Source: Magnetococcales bacterium (lineage in GTDB: Bacteria > Pseudomonadota > Magnetococcia > Magnetococcales > UBA8363). Taken from it: a stretch of 64,000 nt of DNA. Made by a program: the position numbers and the translations under genes. The notes below the pieces were generated by a model that was not told where the DNA came from, did no database searches, and worked only from the letters and a program-made list of their open reading frames with translations. The stretch lies in assembly GCA_015228975.1 (NCBI GenBank), contig JADGCN010000003.1, positions 1,617 to 65,616 on the forward strand, given 5' to 3'. Numbering within the stretch: position 1 is the first letter of the stretch; each line of letters starts with the position of its first letter. Positions 27,167 to 36,909 of this stretch are shown here, piece after piece.

Positions 27167-30100
27167 CTACAGGTTCATGTGTAATTGTCCAGCCAGACCC
27201 CTCAAGGTAACACGGGCAGCCTTGAAAACATATCGGTCCATTTCTTCCTGCAATTGCATACATTCTTGCGTGAATCCCCCACGCAGCAGGAGGTGTTTGA
27301 TCGCTGCAAAATTTCCCACCGCATCCACTTTGGCCTGCCTCAGAAGGTCATCCAGTTCCAACAAGGCGGTGCGTACACTTTCCAACTCTTCGATGGTCAA
27401 AGGGGCGACCGCAATCGTTTCCTCAACGCTGACCAACGGCTCCATGGCAGAAATGGCTGCGACAACCTCCTGCATATGTAACGAGAAATTCTGAAGTATT
27501 TCAGTCGCATCACTTCCCTGATCAATGGCCTTTTCCAAGGCGCGTGCATCCTCCATGACGTGGTTGGCCCCGAGATTACCGGCAGAACCTTTGATTTTAT
27601 GGACCAATTGTCTGGCTGATTTCGTATCCCCTCGCGCCATGGCGGCATCGATCTCTCCAGGGACATGCGCATACTCCCGTTTGAATTCGAGCAACAATTG
27701 TTTCAACAATTCCCCATTGCCCATGACTCGGGATAGCGCCGCGACCACGTCAATGCCGTCGATTTTATCCATCGCGGGACTTGGGGAACGCGTTATTCGT
27801 AAAAGTTCCCGGTCAACTTTTTTGCGATGTTCCCCCCCTTGATCAGGGTGGATGTGGGACAGCAACACCGAAAACAATGTTTTGGGTTCAAAAGGTTTTC
27901 CGATATGATCATTCATCCCCATGGATAACGATTTTTCCCGATCACCCTCCATGACGTGGGCGGTCATGGCGATGATGGGGAGTTTGGCAAAACGGGGATT
28001 GGCGCGAATCAAGGTCGTAGCGGCATAACCATCCATGATCGGCATTTGAATATCCATCAACACGGCGTCATACGCCCCCGCTTCGACCATGCGCACTGCT
28101 TCCTCCCCATCGTTGGCCACATCGACGCGTATGCCCACGGCCTGCAACACTTCTCGCGCCACCTGCTGATTGATGGGGATATCCTCTACCAGCAATACAT
28201 GATGACCGCCAAGTTTATCAATTATTTCAGCGTGTTTAACGTCATTCTGCCTTCGTCCATGCGGTTTGGCGACCGCATGACCCATGACCGTCATCATGGC
28301 GTCCAACAAACGATTTTTCATAATCGGCTTGTTCAGGAATGTTGTCAAACCCGACTGATGGCATTGGTGCAGCAGGGATTCTTCCTGGTCATAAGCGCTC
28401 ATGAGCAGCAATTTTGGCGGGGAGACGCCGTAGCGGTCACCAAGTTCGCGCAGTTTGTTCGCTGTCTCCAAACCATTCATCCCCGGCAGGCGATAATCCA
28501 AAAACACCATGGAATACGGAGTGCCGGCAAGGATCGCCCGTTCCATTTCGACGATGGCTTCCGCGCCCGACGCCACAAGTGACGGTGGGTGCGTGATCGT
28601 GCTGAGCATGTCATGGAAAATGATGCGTGCCACTTCATTATCATCGACCACCATCACTTTCAAATCCTGGAATTCCTCTGGCAGAAAGGGTTTCTGCCGT
28701 TCTCCGTTGTCATTCTTTTCGCACAGGATGGAAAAATGAAAGCGCGCCCCCTCTCCGGGACGACTGTCGACTCCAATCGTTCCCCCCATCATTTCCACCA
28801 AATTTTTGCAGATGGAAAGACCCAGTCCGGTACCGCCGTATCGGCGGGTGGTGGAACCATCCGCCTGGACAAAAGGACGAAACAGCCCGGCGATCTGTTC
28901 CTGCGACAAACCGATGCCACTATCCCGCACCGAAAATTCCAGGCGAACCCGATTGGTCACCATGGTGTCAGGGCCCCCTGAATCCTTGTCGGGATTTCCG
29001 GCGTTATCCGCAATGAACTGACCCTCTCTGGCCTGGACGTGGACAATGCCACCCTGGGTAAATTTCAAGGCGTTGGCTATGAGGTTCGTCAGTACCTGCT
29101 CCAGACGCATGGCATCGCCGGATAAAAAGGTTGGACACGATGGTGAAATCTCCATCATCAGTTCAATATTTTTTTCTGCCGCTGGAATGCGAAACAAATC
29201 GGTCAGTTGTTCAAAGATGTCCGCCAGATAAAAGGGAGACGATTCCAAGGTCAACTTTCCGGCTTCCATTTTGGAGAAGTCCAGAATGTCGTTTATAATT
29301 CTTAAAAGTGAACGGGATGCGCCATCAATCTTGATCAGATAATCTCGAACCTTGGGGGGGGCATCGGCTTGAAGTGCCAAACCCGCCAAGCCTAATACGG
29401 CATTCATGGGGGTGCGAATTTCATGGCTCATGTTGGATAAAAATTGACTTTTGGCCAGATTGGCCTGGTCCGCTTCCTCTTTGGCACGCAAAATTTCTTG
29501 TTCGGCCTGTTTGCGCAGGGAAATGTCGTTGATCAAACAAAGCAGGTGGGGTTGTTCCTGAATCAGAACCGTGGAAAAATGGATATCCAACCATACCTCT
29601 TTGCCAAACGATGTCCTCATGAAAAGGTCACACTGTCTGTCCTGGCGGGTACGGATCGTTTCTTCGGCCATATCCATCAGGTTGGTACGGCGCCATGCTT
29701 CCAAATCCCTGTAGTTCGTTTGCATCAAGACATTGGCAGTGGTTCCCAGAATCAACCCGGCAGCGGGATTGGCCAGGACGCAAATCCCTGATTCCACCTG
29801 ATAGACGATAACGCCATAGGCGGCGTTTCCCACCACCTTTTGGTTTAACTCCATGGCTTGTTCCTCCGCCAGGAGCGTCGCATGCAACTCGACGATCATG
29901 TGATCAAAAGCCTGGGTCAAGACGACCAACTCATCCTTGCGGGAGGCGACCATCTGGCTGGTACGGAGTCGTTCCTGGCTGATTGCGACCAAAGAGGCCA
30001 GTTGGCCAGTGGCCACCGAGGTCACGATGTGGACCATGCGATCAATGGGTTTGGTAAACCGTCGGGCCATGGCATAGGCGATCAACAGCGCCATTCCGAT

Positions 30101-30976
30101 GACCATCAGCGAGAACAGGATCACTTGATTTTGCAAGGTGGTGGCAATGGCAAACGCCTCCGACCTTTTCAATGAAACCAAGACGCTCCAACCTTCCCCT
30201 GGATAATCAAGAAATCCTTTCGCGTCCGCACCAAAAATAAATTGTTCATTGTTTGTCAATGAAAAATTATAATCATTGCTATAGATTCGTTTTGAACGCC
30301 CACCGCCGAGATTGCGCCTCGACATGAATTTTTTATTGCTATAACTTGAATAAAGCAATCGTCCGTTGCTGTCGATCAGGTCATAGCGGAATCCAAGTTC
30401 ATCCACAACCTCATGGTCGAACAAAAATTTGAATTGCTCCACACTGATCACAGTGACCAACACACCACGGGGTGATGCATCGTCAGGGCAATGAACCAGC
30501 TTGGTAATGGCCACGACATTTTCACCCAATTCGTCGGAATGAGCCAACACAACGGAATGGTCGGTGTTTATCAGACGATCCCAACCAAGTTCACCCGCCC
30601 CTCCGGCCTCCCAGGCCTTGCCAATGCCCAAACCGCTGCTCCCTATCTCGCGTACACCGGAAATGTTGAAATAGGAAATATCCAGATAAACACCGTAAAT
30701 GTTGCGGAAATTTGCAAATTGTCTGGTAATTTTCTCTTTTGAAATGGGTGTTTCGCAAAACAAGGGATTGCTGCTCAGTAAACGGGCATCGCCCAAGCGT
30801 TCAAACAACATGAGATCCACCCGCTTCATCGCCAATGCCGCTTGCGTACTCAGAGTGTGTATGACATTGGCCTGCAAATGGTTGGTCAAAAGCGCATTGG
30901 CGATGATTGCAATGCCCAATCCGGTGATGATCACCAGACTGGCCGAGAGGAGCATGAGTTTTAGGGAAAATTTCAC
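27167..30976 (-). CDS. Hybrid sensor histidine kinase: TM-periplasmic (Cache-like)-TM-HAMP-PAS-HisKA-HATPase_c-REC-REC-Hpt
   Basis: Two TM helices flank a ~270-aa extracytoplasmic region. H-box [10 protein letters not shown], HATPase boxes, two receivers and Hpt motif HKIKGSAGN. Confidence 0.9.
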   Translation of the reverse strand: MKFSLKLMLLSASLVIITGLGIAIIANALLTNHLQANVIHTLSTQAALAMKRVDLMLFERLGDARLLSSNPLFCETPISKEKITRQFANFRNIYGVYLDISYFNISGVREIGSSGLGIGKAWEAGGAGELGWDRLINTDHSVVLAHSDELGENVVAITKLVHCPDDASPRGVLVTVISVEQFKFLFDHEVVDELGFRYDLIDSNGRLLYSSYSNKKFMSRRNLGGGRSKRIYSNDYNFSLTNNEQFIFGADAKGFLDYPGEGWSVLVSLKRSEAFAIATTLQNQVILFSLMVIGMALLIAYAMARRFTKPIDRMVHIVTSVATGQLASLVAISQERLRTSQMVASRKDELVVLTQAFDHMIVELHATLLAEEQAMELNQKVVGNAAYGVIVYQVESGICVLANPAAGLILGTTANVLMQTNYRDLEAWRRTNLMDMAEETIRTRQDRQCDLFMRTSFGKEVWLDIHFSTVLIQEQPHLLCLINDISLRKQAEQEILRAKEEADQANLAKSQFLSNMSHEIRTPMNAVLGLAGLALQADAPPKVRDYLIKIDGASRSLLRIINDILDFSKMEAGKLTLESSPFYLADIFEQLTDLFRIPAAEKNIELMMEISPSCPTFLSGDAMRLEQVLTNLIANALKFTQGGIVHVQAREGQFIADNAGNPDKDSGGPDTMVTNRVRLEFSVRDSGIGLSQEQIAGLFRPFVQADGSTTRRYGGTGLGLSICKNLVEMMGGTIGVDSRPGEGARFHFSILCEKNDNGERQKPFLPEEFQDLKVMVVDDNEVARIIFHDMLSTITHPPSLVASGAEAIVEMERAILAGTPYSMVFLDYRLPGMNGLETANKLRELGDRYGVSPPKLLLMSAYDQEESLLHQCHQSGLTTFLNKPIMKNRLLDAMMTVMGHAVAKPHGRRQNDVKHAEIIDKLGGHHVLLVEDIPINQQVAREVLQAVGIRVDVANDGEEAVRMVEAGAYDAVLMDIQMPIMDGYAATTLIRANPRFAKLPIIAMTAHVMEGDREKSLSMGMNDHIGKPFEPKTLFSVLLSHIHPDQGGEHRKKVDRELLRITRSPSPAMDKIDGIDVVAALSRVMGNGELLKQLLLEFKREYAHVPGEIDAAMARGDTKSARQLVHKIKGSAGNLGANHVMEDARALEKAIDQGSDATEILQNFSLHMQEVVAAISAMEPLVSVEETIAVAPLTIEELESVRTALLELDDLLRQAKVDAVGNFAAIKHLLLRGGFTQECMQLQEEMDRYVFKAARVTLRGLAGQLHMNL

Positions 30977-31035
30977 AGTTATGGACCACTTTATTGCAAT
31001 TTATAACACTCCGGAAGAAGTGGCCTGCATAGGGG

Positions 31036-32064
31036 TCACCCCGGTCCTTTCCCAAGGGTGGCGGGGGCTTCAATGCCCTGGATGAAACGGGCATCGATCA
31101 GATCATCAAGGTCTGGAATGGCACGCAATCCCCCCCGCTTTACAAGAAATTTGATTATGTTTTCACCGCTTTGAAACAAAGATGTCGGCGATCCAGAGCG
31201 GGTCAGAGCTGTGCGGTTGTCTTCCCAGGTGGCCCGATGAATTTCATCCAAGCCGTCCGACATTTCTTTCACCGTCATTCCCACGGCGTTGGCCATGAGT
31301 GCCAATGATTCCTCTTTGTGATCCACCATGTATTGTCTGGCTTCCACCAATGATCGGACCAAACCTTGAACTTCCATGGGGCGCTGGGCGACCACTTTGG
31401 CATCCACAAATGCCAAATCAATGATAATCCCCGGCACATCCCTGGCCTTGGCCAAAATGGTATACCCCTTCGCCAAAGCCTGGGAAGAGGTCGGTTGCCA
31501 GGTATGTCCCGCATCGATGCGCCCTTCTTCCAAGGCTTTCAACACATCCGGGGCTTTGACCCGTTCAAACTTGACCGCCCATTCGTCCAACCCATATTTT
31601 TCCAAAGCGCTGATGACGAAAATATGCGAAAATGAATTGATGGTTTCAAAGCTGACCCTGCGTCCCTTGAGGTTGGCCAGAGTTGTCAACTCGGGGCGAC
31701 CAATGATGACATCGCCATCCTGGGAAAAATCGTTCACGTATACAATTTTTATGGGATATCCCAGGGCGCGCAATGTGATCACGTCAGGATAAACGGCGTC
31801 CAGTACGCCATCCAAGCCGCCATTCTTATAGGAAACCAGTGAATCGGCAGGCCCTTTTTCCATGTGCAACTGCACCGAAACGCCATTTTTCTTGAAAAAT
31901 CCTTTTTTCTCCGCCAGAAAGACATGGGCGGAACCGGGCCATGGATCCACAGCCATGTGCAATGGTCGAGTGACCTCAGAAGGTGTTGTCCAAGGACGGT
32001 GCCATATGAGGAGTCCCAACCCGGCGATAACCATCAAAACCATCCATAAAACACCCTTTTTCAT
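31036..32064 (-). CDS. Periplasmic substrate-binding protein, NMT1/SsuA/TauA (NitT/TauT) type
   Basis: Signal-like MKKGVLWMVLMVIAGLGLL. The two-lobe SBP pattern resembles sulfonate, nitrate or bicarbonate binders. No ABC permease or ATPase gene is adjacent. The start is uncertain (ATG 32064 or GTG 32097). Confidence 0.65.
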   Translation of the reverse strand: MKKGVLWMVLMVIAGLGLLIWHRPWTTPSEVTRPLHMAVDPWPGSAHVFLAEKKGFFKKNGVSVQLHMEKGPADSLVSYKNGGLDGVLDAVYPDVITLRALGYPIKIVYVNDFSQDGDVIIGRPELTTLANLKGRRVSFETINSFSHIFVISALEKYGLDEWAVKFERVKAPDVLKALEEGRIDAGHTWQPTSSQALAKGYTILAKARDVPGIIIDLAFVDAKVVAQRPMEVQGLVRSLVEARQYMVDHKEESLALMANAVGMTVKEMSDGLDEIHRATWEDNRTALTRSGSPTSLFQSGENIIKFLVKRGGLRAIPDLDDLIDARFIQGIEAPATLGKGPG

Positions 32065-32100
32065 ATTCCGCAAACCTTTCTCGGATACGGGTGTCACACC

Positions 32101-33039
32101 TCAGTCCGAAAAAACATCGTCAAGGGACTGGGCATCGAAAATGCGAAGGCTCCACTCTTCCAAAGAGGATAGGTTCGCTTTGGAAACTTTTTCACTAGCC
32201 CATTCGGGTATTGTGCCGAAGCGGCGTTGCAACTGGCGCGTCAACATCGTAGCTTCTCCTTTTTGGCGGCCTTTAGATTCCCATTCTTTTGTCCATTCTC
32301 CTACAGTTTCGGCCAGCATGGCATCTACCTCCTGTAAATCATTCAACTCCGGGATTACCTGACCAGGTACCCGCCTGGGCAACAAAACCCGCCCAAGCAT
32401 CACCGTGAAAGCCCGCCGCAAACTCAACTGTTCTGGCGCTTTCAACCAATCAACCAAAAGTGCCACCACTGCACGAATTTCTTCAGGCGTCTGACTCTTT
32501 TCCAACCGGCAAAGAGCCGCAACAAGGTTATGCATGGATACCAACGTAGCGTTTTCATATCTTACCAAGTCGATGAGCAGATATCTCGTTCTCGGTCGAT
32601 AACGATCAAGTTCTCTAGGAATCGGTGTGATTAAGTCAGATACATCCAGTGCCGCTGTCCAAAGCGACTTGCCGTTGTAAAGAACAACCGGAAGTACAGG
32701 AGGAAGCCGATCTCCACGCTTTATCTGCCCAGCCTTGACCAAATCTTGGTACAAGAGCATCACGTAGGCGTCCGTCCTTACCGACATAATCCAATCCACG
32801 GCGGATTGAAACTCCAGAAGCAGATAGACGAACAACCACTCCTTTCCCCAACGTACACGCCAGATCACATCGTCTTCCCGGTCGCGGAGATCGTCGGCAA
32901 CATAGCTGCCGCTTACCTTTTCCAGACTGGAAAAATCCAGTTGCTCAACCCATTCCTCCTTGACGAAACCTTGAAGCAGGTCACGCACCATATCTGGATG
33001 GCTAAAAAGCAGTTTGTAGCCTGAGTCATGGTCCGACAA
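32101..33039 (-). CDS. Rpn family recombination-promoting nuclease / putative transposase (PD-(D/E)XK) with DUF4351-like C-terminus
   Basis: N-terminal HDSGYKLLFSHPDMVRDLL and the core ...DDVIWRV...YLLLEFQS are hallmark Rpn/YhgA motifs. The C-terminal helical tail resembles DUF4351. Confidence 0.8.
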   Translation of the reverse strand: MSDHDSGYKLLFSHPDMVRDLLQGFVKEEWVEQLDFSSLEKVSGSYVADDLRDREDDVIWRVRWGKEWLFVYLLLEFQSAVDWIMSVRTDAYVMLLYQDLVKAGQIKRGDRLPPVLPVVLYNGKSLWTAALDVSDLITPIPRELDRYRPRTRYLLIDLVRYENATLVSMHNLVAALCRLEKSQTPEEIRAVVALLVDWLKAPEQLSLRRAFTVMLGRVLLPRRVPGQVIPELNDLQEVDAMLAETVGEWTKEWESKGRQKGEATMLTRQLQRRFGTIPEWASEKVSKANLSSLEEWSLRIFDAQSLDDVFSD

Positions 33040-33140
33040 GGGGAAACTCCGTTCTTAAAGGCAAAATGAATTTCCTTGAAAACATCTGACAAAATGCCTC
33101 CGTCTCTCCGGATTTCCTAAAATCCGAAAATGATAAACTG

Positions 33141-33932
33141 TCATCGGTTGGCTTGTCGATACTGATGGGAGAAATCTTCGGCGTACAGCCGGGAAGCACG
33201 ATTATCGGGACGCTGGGCCGCTTCCAGAGAGGGACCAACAATGATCATCGCCTGGCTGCCAATCTTGGCTTCGCGACACAACGCAGTCATGTCGGCCAAG
33301 CGGCCACGAATGATTTGTTGTTCATTGGGCCAGCTCGCCTTATGAACGACCAATACCGGCTGATCGACCGACCAACCCGCCTGATACAATTCTTCGGTAA
33401 CTTTGGGCATCAAGGTTGCTGACAAAAAAATGCACAGAGTGGCACCATGCGCGGCCAGATGGCGTAACTGTTCCCGCTCCGGCATGGGGGTTCTCCCTTC
33501 GGTTCGGGTCAGGATGACCGTCTGGGTGACCTCCGGCAAGGTCAAGCTTTCCACGGCGGCTGCCGCTGCCGCCATGGCCGAAGATACCCCGGGTACTACC
33601 TCCACCTCCACACCGTGCGCCCGGAGAGGTGTTGTCAATTCGGTCAGGGCACCGTACAGCGATGGATCCCCGGTTTGCAGGCGAACGACAACCTCCAAAC
33701 GACGAACGCGCTCCAGGAGCCATGCCACCATGACCTCCAGGGTCATGCCACTTGAATCGGCCACCTCACAGTGCGCCGGGGCAAAAGTCAAATGCTCCGG
33801 GCTGACCAAAGAACCGGCATACAAAATGGCATCGGCCCGGGCCAGCAATGCGCGACCACGGACGGTAATCAGGTCAACCGCCCCCGGTCCCGCCCCCACA
33901 ACCCACAACTTACCTGACCGATTCGTTTCCAT
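33141..33932 (-). CDS. cobM: Precorrin-4 C11-methyltransferase (CobM/CbiF)
   Basis: VVGAGPGAVDLITVRG...ADAILYAGSLV, GDPSLYG, VPGVSS and the CobM-type C-terminal half (ASWPNEQ..IRG.L). No other cob or cbi genes are in the window. Confidence 0.8.
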   Translation of the reverse strand: METNRSGKLWVVGAGPGAVDLITVRGRALLARADAILYAGSLVSPEHLTFAPAHCEVADSSGMTLEVMVAWLLERVRRLEVVVRLQTGDPSLYGALTELTTPLRAHGVEVEVVPGVSSAMAAAAAAVESLTLPEVTQTVILTRTEGRTPMPEREQLRHLAAHGATLCIFLSATLMPKVTEELYQAGWSVDQPVLVVHKASWPNEQQIIRGRLADMTALCREAKIGSQAMIIVGPSLEAAQRPDNRASRLYAEDFSHQYRQANR

Positions 33933-33955
33933 GGGGCGCTACCTTCGAGTGATCC

Positions 33956-34057
33956 ATCGCGGGAATGACGAGGTTCTGGATTCCCGCTTTCGCAGGAATG
34001 ACGAAGAAAACGCTGATATTGCAGTCGTTTGTCATTCCCGCGAAAGCGGGAATCCAG
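33956..34057. repeat. REP-like palindromic element (two inverted ~27-nt hairpin units plus a partial third)
   Basis: CTGGATTCCCGCTTTCGCAGGAATGAC (33976-34002) is the near-perfect inverted complement of GTCATTCCCGCGAAAGCGGGAATCCAG (34031-34057). Each unit is itself a hairpin. A partial unit CGCGGGAATGAC sits at 33958. Confidence 0.65.
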
Positions 34058-34086
34058 GGAACGTTTTCCAATGTGACAAAGCAGAA

Positions 34087-35649
34087 TTAGTTGAGCATAA
34101 GGGATGTTCCCATTATTGTAGGCGTTTTGGCATGGTGACTGCCAAGGTTTGCCGTATCGCCCAGGTGAAAAAAGCTGATGCTATGCTTCATCATATCCGC
34201 CTGCGCACTCAATTCTTCCGCCGTCGCCGCCAATTCTTCAGAAGAACCGGCATTCTGCTGGATCACATCGTCCAGTGCCCGAATGGACTGGCCGATTTCG
34301 TCAATTCCTTCTCTTTGATCCCTGCTGGATTCGGCAATACCACGGATTCGGTCCGCAGTATCTTGAATCTCGGGTACCAGCTTACCGATAATCGAGCCGG
34401 CCTGTTCCGAAATGGCAACGCTGGAAGCGGAAAGCTGACTGATCTCTGCGGCTGCGACTTGGCTGCGTTCCGCCAGTTTTCTGACTTCGGCGGCGACAAC
34501 GGCGAACCCCTTGCCATGTTCACCCGCCCTGGCCGCCTCGATCGCGGCATTCAAGGCCAACAGATTGGTCTGCCGGGCTATCTCTTCGATGATGCCAATC
34601 TTGGCGGCAATTTCCTTCATGGCATGAACGGCTTGATTGACGGCCTCACCACCTTTGGCGGCCTCTTGTGAAGCTTTTAGCGCAATAGTTTGTGTCGAAT
34701 TGGAACTCTCGGTACTCTGTTGAAAGCTATCAGCTATTTTTCCCATGGCTGAAGAAGTTTTTTCCACCGATGCCGCCTGTTCGGTTGTCGCTTGGGAAAG
34801 CGTTTGCGCTGAATCGGAAACGGAGTTGCTACCAGCGGCTACCTGTTCGGCGGCTGCCGCAATTTCTCCGATAGTTTCACGTAATTTATGCGCTGTGGCG
34901 GCCATTCCGGTCACCAACATGCCCAACTCATCCTTGCTTTGTATATTATTGGCACGAATGGTCAGGTCGCCTTCAGAAAGTTGTTGTAACATGCCTGTGC
35001 AAACAGCCAATGGTTTGGTAATGCTTCCGGTGATGATCACAGAGAGGGCCACACCGACCAAAACGATGGCAATACCCATGCTCCAAAAGAGTTGGTAGAG
35101 CCTTTCATTGGATTTCACAACCGCGGAAAGGTTTGCGATGCCTTCTTCAACCTGAGATTTACGTAATGGTTCCAGGGTGTTGCGGAGAGCATCCGACTTT
35201 TTGTCAAAATCTTCCATCACCGCATCGCCGGCTGCCTTGCCTCCCCCGATGTAGGCCTCCACCATTTTCTTTCCGGTTTCCACGAACGCTTCAAAATTTT
35301 TGTTGATCTCCTCCATGCGACGAATGCCATCCTGATTGTGTTCATCAGTGTACATCTTTTGAAACTTTACAATTCCTTCGTGTACTTCTTTGGCAAATTC
35401 AAGCCCTTCTTCTACTGCCTTTTTTTCCCCCGTTAGTGACGCGTCTGTCATAAATTGCTGAACCGCGTTGACATCACCCGTCATTTTTTCCGCCAACAAG
35501 GCGAATGGAATGCTTTCACTTTGCACCTGAATGGATTGCTCTTTCATGTCATTGAGTCGCAGCAGAGCAAAACCAAGCGCGCTTCCAATAACTAAAATAA
35601 TTATAAGAAAGCCCAAGCTTAACCGAACACCGACCCGGAGATTGTTCAT
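34087..35649 (-). CDS. Methyl-accepting chemotaxis protein (four-helix-bundle sensor, HAMP, MA domain)
   Basis: Highly conserved hairpin tip [42 protein letters not shown]-terminal TM, ligand-binding region, second TM and HAMP. Confidence 0.9.
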   Translation of the reverse strand: MNNLRVGVRLSLGFLIIILVIGSALGFALLRLNDMKEQSIQVQSESIPFALLAEKMTGDVNAVQQFMTDASLTGEKKAVEEGLEFAKEVHEGIVKFQKMYTDEHNQDGIRRMEEINKNFEAFVETGKKMVEAYIGGGKAAGDAVMEDFDKKSDALRNTLEPLRKSQVEEGIANLSAVVKSNERLYQLFWSMGIAIVLVGVALSVIITGSITKPLAVCTGMLQQLSEGDLTIRANNIQSKDELGMLVTGMAATAHKLRETIGEIAAAAEQVAAGSNSVSDSAQTLSQATTEQAASVEKTSSAMGKIADSFQQSTESSNSTQTIALKASQEAAKGGEAVNQAVHAMKEIAAKIGIIEEIARQTNLLALNAAIEAARAGEHGKGFAVVAAEVRKLAERSQVAAAEISQLSASSVAISEQAGSIIGKLVPEIQDTADRIRGIAESSRDQREGIDEIGQSIRALDDVIQQNAGSSEELAATAEELSAQADMMKHSISFFHLGDTANLGSHHAKTPTIMGTSLMLN

Positions 35650-35671
35650 GTGATTTCCAATCTTAAAGCAT

Positions 35672-35730
35672 GAAAAACAACAGGCAACTTCCCGGGACTC
35701 GGGCTGTGCGGCGATCCCAAGTCCCGGGAA
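35672..35730 (-). terminator. Rho-independent terminator downstream of fba
   Basis: Perfect 11-bp inverted repeat TTCCCGGGACT (35689-35699) / AGTCCCGGGAA (35720-35730). On the minus strand it is followed by a T-rich run (TGTTGTTTTT). Confidence 0.55.
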
Positions 35731-35741
35731 ATCAGAAACAC

Positions 35742-36758
35742 TTATTTACCAGCGAAAATGGCCTTGCCTTGGCCAGCGGAGCCGAGAACGTCCTTGTTTT
35801 TCTCGATAATCATTTTGGTCAGTTCGTCACGGGCCGGCCCGAGGTATTTACGGGGGTCGAATTCAGCGGGTTTGTCCTTGAACACTTTGCGAATCATGGC
35901 GGTCATCGCCAGACGACCATCGGAGTCGATGTTGATTTTGCACACCGCCGAGCGGGTGGCGCGACGAAGTTGGTCAGCCGGGATACCAACGGCATCTTTC
36001 AAGGCACCGCCATTGCTGTTGATCATTTGCACATAGCTGGGGACCACCGAGGAAGCGCCATGCAGCACGATCGGGAAACCGGGAATGCGCCGTTCAATCT
36101 CTTCGAGGATGTCGAAGCGCAGGGGAGGGGGGACCAGGACGCCGTCGGCATTTTTGGTGCATTGCGCCGGGGTGAACTTGTTGGCCCCATGCGAAGTGCC
36201 GATGGAAATGGCCAGTGAATCCACACCGGTCTTGGCGACAAACTCTTCCACTTCTTCGGGACGGGTATAGGTGGATTTATCCGCCACCACATCGTCTTCG
36301 ATACCGGCCAGCACGCCCAACTCACCTTCGACGGTGACGTCACGGCTGTGGGCATACTCCACAACCTGCTTGGTAAGGGCCATGTTGTCGGCGAAGGAAT
36401 GATGGGAACCATCGATCATGACAGAGGAGAAGCCGGAATCGATGCAGGATTTGCACAAATCCAAGGTGTCGCCGTGGTCCAGGTGCAGGGCGAATTTCAA
36501 GTGCGGATTGATATCCCGCAACATCGCCGCAGCCCCTTGTGCCATATAGCGCAACAATGTCTGGTTGGCATATTTCCGGGCACCCGAGGAGACTTGCAGG
36601 ATGAACGGGGAATCGGACTGGCCGCAACCGGTAACGATGGCTTGCAGCTGTTCCATATTGTTGAAATTATAGGCCGGGATGGCAAATTTGCCCTCAAAGG
36701 CGGCCTTGAACATGGCTTTGGTATTGACGAGGCCTAATTCTTTGTAGCTGACGGTCAT
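35742..36758 (-). CDS. fba: Class II fructose-bisphosphate aldolase
   Basis: [19 protein letters not shown] and SIGTSHG motifs. I place the start at ATG 36758, preceded by GAGGAAAAC. The longer ORF from 36821 is unsupported. Confidence 0.9.
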   Translation of the reverse strand: MTVSYKELGLVNTKAMFKAAFEGKFAIPAYNFNNMEQLQAIVTGCGQSDSPFILQVSSGARKYANQTLLRYMAQGAAAMLRDINPHLKFALHLDHGDTLDLCKSCIDSGFSSVMIDGSHHSFADNMALTKQVVEYAHSRDVTVEGELGVLAGIEDDVVADKSTYTRPEEVEEFVAKTGVDSLAISIGTSHGANKFTPAQCTKNADGVLVPPPLRFDILEEIERRIPGFPIVLHGASSVVPSYVQMINSNGGALKDAVGIPADQLRRATRSAVCKINIDSDGRLAMTAMIRKVFKDKPAEFDPRKYLGPARDELTKMIIEKNKDVLGSAGQGKAIFAGK

Positions 36759-36909
36759 GTTTTCCTCATTGTGTTGTCGTGTTGGGGCGATGGATCGCAA
36801 ACGGACCGGATGGTCACTCATTTAATCTACAGTCGCGCCGATGGTAACAGTCGCAACGACGATGTGCAATCCCTTTCTTTCGATTGTACATTAGAATTGA
36901 ATGTACATT

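Noticed and set aside
33403-34671. 422-aa plus-strand ORF spanning cobM, the REP element and the MCP gene.
   Set aside because: It runs antisense through two well-supported genes and through the REP-like repeat (translating it as ..IPAFAGMTK.. type sequence). This is a classic spurious ORF.
36885-36907. Perfect 8-bp inverted repeat TGTACATT-N7-AATGTACA immediately after the serC stop.
   Set aside because: The stem is AT-rich and weak and has no U-tract. It could be an operator or a weak terminator, but nothing in the sequence lets me decide.
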